Of a stretch of DNA of 64,000 nucleotides, positions 19,698 to 29,136 are shown in pieces. Made by a program: the position numbers and the translations under genes. How positions within the stretch are numbered: position 1 is the first letter of the stretch; every line of letters begins with the position of its first letter. This DNA is from Candidatus Giovannonibacteria bacterium (lineage in GTDB: Bacteria > Patescibacteriota > Minisyncoccia > UBA11713 > 2-01-FULL-45-33). The notes under the pieces are model-generated. The model saw only the letters and a list, made by a program, of their open reading frames with translations, made no database searches and had not been told where the DNA came from. The stretch spans positions 586,629-650,628 of the forward strand of contig CP066687.1 of NCBI GenBank assembly GCA_016432405.1. Direction: 5' to 3'.

Positions 19698-20240
19698 ATG
19701 GAGAAAATAAGGGAAAATGAGGACGAAATTTTGGTAAAAAAGGCCCAGGAGAGCCCCGAGGCCTATGAAGCGCTTTACAAAAAATACGGCAAGCGCGTTT
19801 ACGATTATTTCTGGTACCGCGCGGGACGGATAAAAGAAGTAGCCGAGGACTTGGCGCAGGAAACTTTTATAAAAGCGTTCCAAAAACTCCCAAAATTCCG
19901 CCTGCGCGCCTATTCCTATTTTTCCTATCTTAAAACCGTCGCCCACAATACGCTCGTAAAATATTATAAAAAACCGAAAGACGTATCGCTTGAGAGTCTG
20001 GACGGGGAAATTGCGGGCGAGTCGCCAATTACCAAGCTTGAGGAAGCCGGGGAAGCGAGGATTCTTTTGGAAAACATGGCCCGCCTCCCCAAATCGGAGA
20101 AAAAGATAATGCTTTTAAGATACGGGTGGGAGCTTTCAATAAAAGAAATAGCCCAAAAGACCGGCAAGAGCGAAAACGCGGTAAAGCTGGTCATTTCGCG
20201 GGCTAGGAAGAAAATTGCCGGAAAAATCGGGAATAAATGA
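19698..20240 (+). CDS. ECF RNA polymerase sigma factor
   Basis: Region 2 AEDLAQETFIKA, region 4 SIKEIAQKTGKSENAVK..ISRAR. Confidence 0.9.
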   Translation: MEKIRENEDEILVKKAQESPEAYEALYKKYGKRVYDYFWYRAGRIKEVAEDLAQETFIKAFQKLPKFRLRAYSYFSYLKTVAHNTLVKYYKKPKDVSLESLDGEIAGESPITKLEEAGEARILLENMARLPKSEKKIMLLRYGWELSIKEIAQKTGKSENAVKLVISRARKKIAGKIGNK

Positions 20241-20447
20241 CACCTTTTCGCCCCCCGGGGGTTATATATAGTGAAGACCTGCAAATTAACAATTTAATAC
20301 GAACCGTAAATAAAAAGCGCCCAACCGGACACTTTATCATGTGAGATTCGCATCCCGCTCGCCTAAGGGGAAAACTGGCCTGTCGGCTTAAGCATCCTTC
20401 AAGGCAAAAAACAAACGCACAAACCCTCCAATTTTCATACACCCATC

Positions 20448-20488
20448 GGAGGGTTTTTGAGTTTTAGAGAATTACTCTATGCGAGCGG
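20448..20488. repeat. Imperfect 41-bp direct repeat, left island boundary (partner 24281-24321)
   Basis: 34/41 ungapped identity; includes a terminator arm and the PLA-stop codons. Confidence 0.75.
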
Positions 20489-23272
20489 TGTTTTAATCAT
20501 TGATATTATTGAATCAATTTGCTCTCTCAATGTTTTATCTCTAGTTATTCCATCACTGATTTTCTCAAAAGCATAAAGCACAGTCGTATGATCCAGCCCA
20601 AATATCCTTCCAATGGAAGGGAAAGATAAACCTATCATCGTTCGAATAAGATACATGGCGATTTGTCTTGCATGGGCAATTGTGCCTTTTCGTGTCCTTT
20701 TCTTTATTTCTACCAAGCTAAGATTGTAGAATTGAGCAACCGACGCAACAATTTTTTTAGCAGTGAAATTTATTTCTTTCTCTCTTTCTTTAATATAATC
20801 TCTTGGATCTTCATCAGAGTAATAGTACTCACCATATTTTTTAGCAAGAGCTTTGTTAACTATTTGGCGAACGCGCTCCCGAGTAATCTCAAATCTTTGC
20901 GCAATCTCTTCCAAAGTGTGCGGTCTTTGATCATTAAGACCAAATCGCATTTCAACCATTTGTTTTTCTCGGTCCTCCATTCCCTCAACAAGGTCTTTAT
21001 CGCCAAGAGTTTGTCCCTGTTTTGCTTCTTCAAGTTGTTTTTCTCGTCTTGTTTCCCATGCCAACGGCTCTTCCACAAAATGGTCATAAATTCCTGGCCC
21101 AACCTCAAACTTCTTTTGAGCAATGTATACAGGGATATCGATAGCAGGTCCGTAATTTTGTGGAATAGCACCTTTTTGATAAGCTTCCGGGATCATTGCT
21201 CCTAGCGATTCGCTTAAAATAAGCTCCGCCAAATATAGTTGCGCTTCACGAGATTTCTCTACATCGCGCTTTTGTGGATTATCCCCAAAATAATATCTGT
21301 TGATGGGGTGATTCGAGTTGATAAGTATAAAGCCCTGAGTGGGACTTCCTAGCATTGGGTCGTAAGTGGTCTGTAGATGTTTTGGCACCCCATCATCAAA
21401 GTCCCAATCCTTAAATTTACCAGTCGGGCCGGTTGGCGAAGGTTTGATGCGATCCTTAATATCTATCCGGCATTGCGCCGAATAATCCTCAAAATTTGCC
21501 TTAACAATACCAGATTCATCATTCTTTTTGCCCACAAAAGGCACTTCAATTTTTGCCACTTGACTTGTGCTACGCATTCGGCGCGGCACCACGACCCATC
21601 TGTATTTTAGGGCTATTGAGTTGTTGGAACTTGAAAGAGAGATTTTTTTGCCGATCTTTATAACATTCAAATCAACATAAAGATTCAATGTGCTTTCTCT
21701 ATTCGCTGTAGTTCTTATGTAATCTGGACTAAAAACAATACCGTTTTCTGGATACACTATCTCCTCGGACACAATAGAAACCACCACCGAAGCGCTACGT
21801 TTTCCACTTTTTGCTTCTAATGTATCGGCAGTCCTCGCATTCGCACCAGTAACAATGATGGTCTTCACGAGGATGTCATTGCTATCCTCCGGTGCGTCGT
21901 GGACCTCAATTGTAGTCGGCGAAAAACCTATTTTACCTCTTGAAGATTTAAGAGATATTTTAGAACTGGGCTTGATAATTCGGGTATCAATGAATAGTTG
22001 TAGGCCATAGCGCCTTCCTGCAGTGATAGTTATGTTACTCCTAGCAAACTCAATACCTCCAACAGGGCGCGCCTTTTTCTTTATACGGATAACGCCGTTT
22101 GTATCTTCCCCAGTAAGTTGAGCATACAACTTGTTAAGTTCTTCAAGGGCCTTACGGTGATTCTCTTTTGTTATTTCGGAAACACCCTCGTCGGACCTTC
22201 TACGTCTTTCTTCATTGAGAATTGGGTATAACCAATCTTTCACTTCTAAGGCAAGTTTTTTGTAGAAGTCATGTTGGGTATTAAATCCATCCCGAGAATC
22301 GGAAAGTATCGCTTCGGGATGTTTCGGATCATTGATTTTATTGAGAATGATTTCTCTTGCTCCAGTCAGTTTCATGAAGCCGAAAAATTTGTCTGCACCC
22401 GGTAAGCTATCCCAACCGAAAAATGTTTGGGCGTATACGGCTTCTTTATTATCATGAACCAACAAGCCGTTTTCTCTTTCGTCTCCGACGATTTGAAGCG
22501 GCGTAGAAGATTTGTACAGTTCAACATCAATTTTCACGGGGTTATATTTCTCGAATTGCAAAGTAAATTCCTTATGCTCAACCAAATCACCCTTCGGAAA
22601 TTGATATCTAATAACACTTTTTTTAGTGCCTTTCTGGTCCTTGTAAATTAACTGGACCGAGCGTCTATCACTTGAGTTGATAAGGCGAAGCATGAAGAAA
22701 ACACCCACCTTTTTTATTAAGTTGTCATAGTCGTGTATGGTGGTATTATCAAGTACAAATTCGGCAACCGTTCCATGTTTGCTGTTTATACCCCATTCCT
22801 TAGCTAGTTTTTCTGCTAGCTCTTTTTGTTTTTCAACACTAATAAATGGTCTTTCTTTTTTCCAGTAGAAGTTGCAAATGGAGGCTTCGCCGTCCTTGAC
22901 AGATTTTATTTTCCCCTCGCGGTGGTAGAAAAGGACATCCGAAATACCTTGGCCAAAAATTCCTCTCGAACTAAAGCCTTCATAGGCCCCGCTCTTTGCT
23001 GCTCCATATTCTTTAAATTTCTCCTCTAGTTCAGCGGTAGTCATTCCTTGGGCATGGTCTGTTATACGGACTAATCTTTTCGTCTTATCAATAAAAATAG
23101 TAATCGGGAACACCTCTCCGCCATCGTCTTGGCTCGATTCAATTATTTTCCTGTAGCTATCATCGGAATTGGTAATTGGTTCTGTTAGGGTTTTCAGCAA
23201 GCTTTTCCCGACAGCATCCGAAAATTGCCGTTTTATATACCGTGAAGCATATTGTACTGCGATTTCGGTCAT
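20477..23272 (-). CDS. GHKL (MORC/Hsp90-like) ATPase fused to sigma70 region 4 and DnaA domain IV
   Basis: EPITNSDD, DHAQGM, GIFGQG; MRFGL...TLEEIAQRFEITRERVRQI; ARQIAMYL...SFPSIGRIFGLDHTTVLYA. Confidence 0.85.
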   Translation of the reverse strand: MTEIAVQYASRYIKRQFSDAVGKSLLKTLTEPITNSDDSYRKIIESSQDDGGEVFPITIFIDKTKRLVRITDHAQGMTTAELEEKFKEYGAAKSGAYEGFSSRGIFGQGISDVLFYHREGKIKSVKDGEASICNFYWKKERPFISVEKQKELAEKLAKEWGINSKHGTVAEFVLDNTTIHDYDNLIKKVGVFFMLRLINSSDRRSVQLIYKDQKGTKKSVIRYQFPKGDLVEHKEFTLQFEKYNPVKIDVELYKSSTPLQIVGDERENGLLVHDNKEAVYAQTFFGWDSLPGADKFFGFMKLTGAREIILNKINDPKHPEAILSDSRDGFNTQHDFYKKLALEVKDWLYPILNEERRRRSDEGVSEITKENHRKALEELNKLYAQLTGEDTNGVIRIKKKARPVGGIEFARSNITITAGRRYGLQLFIDTRIIKPSSKISLKSSRGKIGFSPTTIEVHDAPEDSNDILVKTIIVTGANARTADTLEAKSGKRSASVVVSIVSEEIVYPENGIVFSPDYIRTTANRESTLNLYVDLNVIKIGKKISLSSSNNSIALKYRWVVVPRRMRSTSQVAKIEVPFVGKKNDESGIVKANFEDYSAQCRIDIKDRIKPSPTGPTGKFKDWDFDDGVPKHLQTTYDPMLGSPTQGFILINSNHPINRYYFGDNPQKRDVEKSREAQLYLAELILSESLGAMIPEAYQKGAIPQNYGPAIDIPVYIAQKKFEVGPGIYDHFVEEPLAWETRREKQLEEAKQGQTLGDKDLVEGMEDREKQMVEMRFGLNDQRPHTLEEIAQRFEITRERVRQIVNKALAKKYGEYYYSDEDPRDYIKEREKEINFTAKKIVASVAQFYNLSLVEIKKRTRKGTIAHARQIAMYLIRTMIGLSFPSIGRIFGLDHTTVLYAFEKISDGITRDKTLREQIDSIISMIKTPLA

Positions 23273-23278
23273 ATCAGT

Positions 23279-23935
23279 TTAAAAAAGTAGGTTGCTAAAC
23301 TTTTTCTCAAGCCAAGACAAAAATTCCAACACCTCTTTATCTTTTGTCGTTGTGGCAGAAACTTTAAGTCGTTTCAAGTGTTCAGCCAAAAGCTGCTTTG
23401 GCGTATATGGTGCAGCTTTCAAGAAAGCAAAAAATTCATAATTATTGACTTCCTCATTTGCGAACCACTTCTTAAAAGCTTCTGATACTCGTATTTCTCG
23501 TATATCATCACCGGGGGACTTTCCTCTTGATTTGCTAACTATAATGGGCTTGCGGTCCTTTCTCGGTAAAGGATTCTTCAGTGAACCGGAAACTTGTTTT
23601 GCCATTTCGCGTCCCAAGTCAGTCAGATGAAAGCCGTTTTCAATATTACCTGTTGCCCAATGTTTTCTCTTTTGGTCAGTCAAGCGCCGTAGTGCTTTAC
23701 TGATTCGGTTAGTATCTGGATATTGAATAAAGTTAGCCATTGAAAACTTTCTAGGAAACAATCTGAATAAACCGACAGCAATAAAATCAAAATAGAGGGG
23801 TATCTTCTTTCCTTCAAGCGCGTAAAGCGTATAAACCACTAGACGGTCTAAATCAAAACTATCGTAGTTCACGAAAGGAAAATGTTTTACCCCAAGCAAC
23901 ACCCTTTTTATATTTATACCGTTTTGATTTTTCAT
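23279..23935 (-). CDS. Hypothetical protein, probable N-terminal winged helix
   Basis: FP..FS...YPD...LRRL...G....F.LTDLG pattern; operonic with neighbours. Confidence 0.7.
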   Translation of the reverse strand: MKNQNGINIKRVLLGVKHFPFVNYDSFDLDRLVVYTLYALEGKKIPLYFDFIAVGLFRLFPRKFSMANFIQYPDTNRISKALRRLTDQKRKHWATGNIENGFHLTDLGREMAKQVSGSLKNPLPRKDRKPIIVSKSRGKSPGDDIREIRVSEAFKKWFANEEVNNYEFFAFLKAAPYTPKQLLAEHLKRLKVSATTTKDKEVLEFLSWLEKKFSNLLF

Positions 23936-24156
23936 AATTTAAATTCTTTATTTTTAGGAAAGTGAAATTTTGCTTTGGTCTCGCGGACTCGGCGCTCAAT
24001 TTCGGAAAATATTTTGTTCACCTCTTCTTCGGTGTATTCATACGCACTTCTGTTAGAACAATTACCTAAAACTTTAAGTCTTTGAAGGACTGAATTTGTT
24101 CTTTGCGTCCCTAAGCGCTTAAACCTTTCCCGTTTTTGCTCACGATTATTGTCCAT
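23932..24156 (-). CDS. Small helical hypothetical protein
   Basis: 74 aa; stop overlaps next ATG. Confidence 0.7.
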   Translation of the reverse strand: MDNNREQKRERFKRLGTQRTNSVLQRLKVLGNCSNRSAYEYTEEEVNKIFSEIERRVRETKAKFHFPKNKEFKL

Positions 24157-24200
24157 AGCTATTATTATAGCTTATTGTATAAATACTCACAATAGTTATA

Positions 24201-24248
24201 AGGATAGTCCACCCTTATTAAAAAGTCAATACCCCCTACTGTGGATAA
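24201..24248 (-). promoter_or_regulatory. Sigma70 promoter of the island with adjacent perfect DnaA box
   Basis: TTGACT(24229-24224)-N17-TATCCT; TTATCCACA at 24248-24240. Confidence 0.65.
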
Positions 24249-24259
24249 GATTCTTAACC

Positions 24260-24291
24260 AAAAACCCCTCCCGCAATGCGGGAGGGGTTTT
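24260..24291. terminator. Intrinsic terminator downstream of tRNA-Ile
   Basis: AAAACCCCTCCCGCA-A-TGCGGGAGGGGTTTT hairpin. Confidence 0.8.
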
Positions 24292-24338
24292 GAGTTTTAA
24301 AAAATCCTTTTATGCGAGCGGCTGTGGTTTTCACTTTT

Positions 24339-24412
24339 TGGGCCAGGATGGATTCGAACCATCGCTCCCCGTCTTATAAGGACGGTGCTTTAAACCGCTA
24401 AGCTACTGGCCC
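24339..24412 (-). tRNA. tRNA-Ile(TAT)
   Basis: GGGCCAG/CTGGCCC acceptor; CCGTC-CT-TAT-AA-GACGG anticodon arm; GGTTCGAATCC. Confidence 0.9.
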
Positions 24413-25076
24413 TTTTTGAAAAATAATCGCGAATAACTTCTAGACCCATAAAAATCCTTTTTGCCAACTTAGCATCTCCAATTATAACATTACAAGTGCC
24501 ATGGCCGAATCCCCCTTTATAAGTTAAAGAACTGCGTTTAGTTTTCTTGATATAAGGTTTTGTAAACTGCGAGAAAGGAATTTTAAGTTCTTCGGACCAA
24601 AATTTAATCTCTCCCCGAACATTCATATCTTCATAAAGATGCAATTTAATTCGCAGCTTGTTTTTTGGGACATTTAAGATTTTCGTAAGCCAATGTATAA
24701 ATATTTTTAAAATTGCAGGATCAGTATTTGATAATGAAAGTTCATACTCCTTTGTTTTACCTCCCTCTCCAAGATATAGAAATAGTCCGCCTATAAATAT
24801 TTCTTGTTGAGATAGAGGTAAAATTATATTTTTTTCCTTAATATATATTTCCCTTAAAATGTTCTCTCGTTTTCTCCGGCGAGTTTCAATGTAATGTTCT
24901 ATCCTCGCTTGATTCCAATCCCTTAATTCCCGAATCCTTTTCACAGACAAAGGATGGTTTCTAAGCCAGTAGCTAAGGGTGGATTTGCTCACTCCCAACA
25001 CTTTCTTAATTTGGGCGTAGCTTTGTCCTAATTTGCGTAAACGCAGGGCTTTTTGCCTTTCTTTTATTTTCGCCAT
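24390..25076 (-). CDS. HTH + LAGLIDADG-like protein overlapping tRNA-Ile 5' end
   Basis: SYAQIKKVLGVSKSTLSYW HTH; GLFLYLGEG and SNTDP motifs. Confidence 0.72.
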   Translation of the reverse strand: MAKIKERQKALRLRKLGQSYAQIKKVLGVSKSTLSYWLRNHPLSVKRIRELRDWNQARIEHYIETRRRKRENILREIYIKEKNIILPLSQQEIFIGGLFLYLGEGGKTKEYELSLSNTDPAILKIFIHWLTKILNVPKNKLRIKLHLYEDMNVRGEIKFWSEELKIPFSQFTKPYIKKTKRSSLTYKGGFGHGTCNVIIGDAKLAKRIFMGLEVIRDYFSKRASSLAV

Positions 25077-25145
25077 AAATAAAACGAACCTGTAAATATT
25101 GTTTACATTATATCATAATAAAGGTTCGTAAAAAAACAGCTTATC

Positions 25146-26975
25146 TTACGCGACTCCGTGGGCGCGGGTGAATTTGGCAAACTCGTCTCTCTCCACGGTT
25201 TCCTCTTTTATGAGTTTATGGGCCAGGGCGTCCAAGGCGTTTTTGTGCCTGGCCAAAACATCCTTGGCGCGCTTTTTCGCGTTTTGCATAAGCCGCGAGA
25301 CCTCTTTGTCTATCAAAGTCGCCAAGGTTTCGGAGTAATCACGCTCCGCGCTAAAATCTTTTCCTAAAAACACGTACTCTTCGCGGCCGCCGAAAGCCAA
25401 TGGGCCAACTTTCTCCGACATTCCGTATTTGGTAACCAAGGCCCGCGCGAGGTCGGTAGCTTTTTTAAGGTCGTCGTGCGGTCCGGTGGTAATCTCCCCA
25501 AACACAAGCTCCTCGGCGACAAACCCGCCCAGAGAAATTGCGAGCTCCGAAAGAAAATGTTTTTTTGAATAAAGATGGCGGTCCTCAATCGGAAGCTTCA
25601 GTGTAAAGCCGGCCGCGCGGCCGCGGGAAATTATGGAAATCTTATGCACCGGGTCGGCCTCAGGCGAAGCCGCCGCAACCAAAGCGTGGCCGGCCTCGTG
25701 GTAGGCGGATATCTCCTTTTCCTTTTCGGAAAGCACATGGCTCTTTCGCTCCGGCCCCAAAAGCACTTTCTCTATTGAGTTTATGAGGTCCATCTGGGTA
25801 ATTTGCTTTCTGGATTCGCGCGCCGCCAAAATCGCCGCCTCGTTCACCAGATTCGCCAAATCCGCGCCGGAAAAACCCGGCGTTCGCTCGGCGATTCTCC
25901 GCATGTTCACCTCTTCGGCGAGCGGCTTTTTGCGGGAATGAATTTTTAAAATCTCCTCGCGGTCGTTAATGTCCGGCAAATCCAAAATCACCCGGCGGTC
26001 AAACCTTCCCGGGCGAAGCAGCGCCGGGTCCAAAACATCCGGCCGGTTGGTGGCCGCCATGACTATCACCGACTCGTTTGTTTCAAAGCCGTCCAATTCC
26101 ACCAAAATCTGGTTTAATGTCTGCTCCCTTTCGTCATGCCCGCCTCCCAAGCCCGCTCCGCGGTGGCGCCCTACAGCGTCAATCTCGTCCACAAATATGA
26201 TAGAAGGCGCTGATTTTTTCGCCATCTTAAAAAGATCTCTGACTCTGGAAGCCCCCACGCCCACGAACATCTCAACGAATTCCGAGGCGGACATATGGAA
26301 AAATGGCACACTCGCCTCCCCGGCCACGGCCTTGGCCAGCATGGTTTTCCCGGTTCCCGGCGCGCCCATCAAAAGCACCCCCTTGGGAATCCGTGCGCCG
26401 ATGTCTATGAATTTTTTGGGAGAGCGCAGAAAATCAACTATCTCCACAAGTTCCTCTTTTGCCTCTTTGGCGCCCGCGACGTCTTTGAATAAAACCCTCT
26501 CTTTTAAATTATTGGGTTGGATTATCCGCGCGCGGGACTGCCCGAAAGTGAACGCCTGGATGTTCGCCCGCTGGACCTGGCGCGCCGTCATCCAAAAAAA
26601 AGCCACAATCAAAAGAAACGGCAAAATGAAAGGCAAAAGGACTCCCAGCCAGTAAAGAAGCCCGCTGGGATTTTGGACATCAATTGAAACCTGGCGCAGT
26701 TTTTCCTCCGAGACGCCGTAGTTTTTGAATGTCTCCGAAAGAGCGGCCTCGTTTTCTTTTTTTGAGCGGAGCTCGGAGTCGTCTTTTAAGGTTACATCCA
26801 AATCCGAATCCCGGACGACGATTTTCGCGACCTCGCCCGCGTTGATTTTTGCCACCAGCTCGGAGAGGGAAATTTCCCTGACCTCTCGGAACATTCCGGC
26901 AAAAGAAGTATATAAAAACGCCAGCATCATAAGTATCAAAAGCGCGCCTACGATATTTTTTGACAAGAGTTGCAT
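25146..26975 (-). CDS. ftsH: ATP-dependent zinc metalloprotease FtsH
   Basis: Two [29 protein letters not shown]. Confidence 0.97.
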   Translation of the reverse strand: MQLLSKNIVGALLILMMLAFLYTSFAGMFREVREISLSELVAKINAGEVAKIVVRDSDLDVTLKDDSELRSKKENEAALSETFKNYGVSEEKLRQVSIDVQNPSGLLYWLGVLLPFILPFLLIVAFFWMTARQVQRANIQAFTFGQSRARIIQPNNLKERVLFKDVAGAKEAKEELVEIVDFLRSPKKFIDIGARIPKGVLLMGAPGTGKTMLAKAVAGEASVPFFHMSASEFVEMFVGVGASRVRDLFKMAKKSAPSIIFVDEIDAVGRHRGAGLGGGHDEREQTLNQILVELDGFETNESVIVMAATNRPDVLDPALLRPGRFDRRVILDLPDINDREEILKIHSRKKPLAEEVNMRRIAERTPGFSGADLANLVNEAAILAARESRKQITQMDLINSIEKVLLGPERKSHVLSEKEKEISAYHEAGHALVAAASPEADPVHKISIISRGRAAGFTLKLPIEDRHLYSKKHFLSELAISLGGFVAEELVFGEITTGPHDDLKKATDLARALVTKYGMSEKVGPLAFGGREEYVFLGKDFSAERDYSETLATLIDKEVSRLMQNAKKRAKDVLARHKNALDALAHKLIKEETVERDEFAKFTRAHGVA

Positions 26976-27074
26976 AGATTTACATTTTAGTATGAAAATT
27001 ATTAAAAGTCAAAGGCCCCCGTCTCGTTTGAGCGGGGGCCGAAAGCCATCACAGCTTTCCAGCCGCAAAAGCGG

Positions 27075-27902
27075 CTAAGACTCGGAATTGGCCAGGCGAG
27101 AGGCGGCGGGACCCTGCTTCTTTTTTTTCAGAAACTCGCGGATGCGCGTGTTCACGTCATCCAGTACTCTCAAGCTCTTGCAAAGCGCCACCCCCTGCTC
27201 GTTTGCTCCCCAGTACCAATGGTCGCAGAGTTGGCGATGGTGATCCGGGCAGTTCTTAACAGTCCAGGACACGGCGGCATTGCTGAAAGATTGATGCTTA
27301 TCCGACCATTCCTTAAGCTGCTGCGCCGGGACACACTCCATCCACCCGTCCTTCTCAACGAACCGGTAGAGATGCCTCGCATAGCCGTCTTTGAGCTCGT
27401 TTATGGTCTTATCGCTGATCTCTCCGCCGGCCTTGAGTTGCTGAAGCGCATCATTGCCTTTCTGAACCAGCGCTTTAACTTCCTCGTGGACCCTGCGGAA
27501 TTTCAGAAGCTTCGCCGCGAAGGGGTTTTTTTTGTCCTCCTCGCTAGCTTTTTGCATCATCTCTTTCAATTGCGCTGCCTTGGCGCGCAGTGTCATGATT
27601 GGAGGCGTGTCCTCAAAGATGTCCAGAAATGTGTTATTTTCCGTCATCTTTTTGATACGCGCTTCCACCTGCGCGAGCTTCTCGGCGGCCGCACGGTAAA
27701 CATTTTCCCCTTTTTCAATGGCCTCCATTTGCTTGGCGACGCCCTCAACGAACGCGGCATTGGAGCGCTCGATGGCGTCATTGTCCAAGTCCTTCATCAG
27801 GGCCTCCACATCGTTCACATCCATACCGCCATTGCTCGCCGCCTTCAATTCTCCAATCTCTCGCAGACTGCCCACAGTTTGGGGCTTTTTATTATTTTTC
27901 AT
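27075..27902 (-). CDS. Orphan coiled-coil protein
   Basis: SD AGGAG before ATG 27902; helical and charged; hairpins downstream. Confidence 0.65.
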   Translation of the reverse strand: MKNNKKPQTVGSLREIGELKAASNGGMDVNDVEALMKDLDNDAIERSNAAFVEGVAKQMEAIEKGENVYRAAAEKLAQVEARIKKMTENNTFLDIFEDTPPIMTLRAKAAQLKEMMQKASEEDKKNPFAAKLLKFRRVHEEVKALVQKGNDALQQLKAGGEISDKTINELKDGYARHLYRFVEKDGWMECVPAQQLKEWSDKHQSFSNAAVSWTVKNCPDHHRQLCDHWYWGANEQGVALCKSLRVLDDVNTRIREFLKKKKQGPAASRLANSES

Positions 27903-28100
27903 AGCCGCTCCTTCTTGGCCTATCGGCCGGTTTTTGGGCGCAAAGCGCCCGCCACTGAAATAAAGCATTTTTGACCGCTACGCTGCAGACATTCAACCCA
28001 ACTCTTAACGCGCCTAAAAACGCCTCCTTTCCGAGTATATATTAGGTTGTAAATCCTAGCCCATTATAGTCCAAAACAAATATTTTGTCAATAGGGGGTA

Positions 28101-28129
28101 TTGACTTATAATGTGTTTGGGTGTATAAT
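28101..28129 (+). promoter_or_regulatory. Near-consensus sigma70 promoter
   Basis: TTGACT-N17-TATAAT. Confidence 0.75.
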
Positions 28130-28174
28130 GGGGGCAGAGTCGGATAGGCTCAAAATTTACAAAGGAGGTGGCCA

Positions 28175-29056
28175 ATGGCCATTGCGGAAAGAATAAAGGT
28201 GATAGTAAGATGGTTCAACAGTAAGAGGGGTTATGGTTTGGGTGATGGGGCTAACGAAAAGGTGTATATTCTACACTTTTCCCAGATCGCTTCTCACGGA
28301 ACTGGGTTCAGAAGTTTGGACCCAGGCGAAGAAGTTGAAATCACGCCAGTGCTTTCAGGCGACCCGACCAAGGGGCCGAGAGCGGAAGACGTCAGAAGAA
28401 TCACGAAAAAGCTCAAACCTCTTTCCAGCAAGGCGCCCGAGTATCGTTTTGAAAAAACGCGGCGCTTTCTGGAATTGACCGTGGGTTGGGATAACAACAT
28501 TGTTTTCCCAAATCCACTGGGCGGCTGCGACAGGGATTACGTCTCCGGCAATGTTGAGGCATTTTACCTCGGCGCGCCGGGATACTACAGAGAGCTTCCG
28601 CCGCTTTCTGTTGAGCTCCAAAAAACTATGGTTCGTGGGAACACAGCCATAGTTGGAGTGAACGAAGACGGCGGGGTTTTGCCGAGACGGTTTCTCTACG
28701 ACTTCCGCCCGGGGCACTTTGTTCTTGCGGTTACGGTAGATGGTGGAAAAGTATATGCGGAGGCAAAGCAAATAAGCTTCCGCATGCAAAACAGCACCAA
28801 TTCCATCGCTCCGCAAGACCATGGCGTCTGGGTCGTCGCGGATACCGTGTTCAAAAAGGTCTTTGAGGGCCTGCCGGACACGGAGAATGAGTACGAGCTC
28901 AAAATGGCAATTCGGGACCAGATACCCGACCCCGAAAACTTTGAAACCAAAAAAAGGAATACGAGTATGAAAGTTTTCGGGAAAGCCATAGCCCAATGCA
29001 TTTTAGAGCTCAAGCCAGACCCGGTCGTAGCCCAAGCCGCCCAAGCCACCGCCTAA
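28175..29056 (+). CDS. Cold-shock-domain protein with long unknown C-terminal extension
   Basis: VRWFNSKRGYG, LHFSQI...GFRSL..GEEV...GPRAEDV; SD AAAGGAGG. Confidence 0.8.
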   Translation: MAIAERIKVIVRWFNSKRGYGLGDGANEKVYILHFSQIASHGTGFRSLDPGEEVEITPVLSGDPTKGPRAEDVRRITKKLKPLSSKAPEYRFEKTRRFLELTVGWDNNIVFPNPLGGCDRDYVSGNVEAFYLGAPGYYRELPPLSVELQKTMVRGNTAIVGVNEDGGVLPRRFLYDFRPGHFVLAVTVDGGKVYAEAKQISFRMQNSTNSIAPQDHGVWVVADTVFKKVFEGLPDTENEYELKMAIRDQIPDPENFETKKRNTSMKVFGKAIAQCILELKPDPVVAQAAQATA

Positions 29057-29136
29057 TCCAACCACTTCCGCAATCCGCCAACTGGCGGAGCGGGAAAGAA
29101 AAAAGGGGAACGCATCGTCGTTCCCCTTTGCCATTT

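Noticed and set aside
20477-20990. Separate dnaA or rpoD pseudogene fragments
   Set aside because: Both domains are in one uninterrupted frame with the GHKL domain and share its base composition
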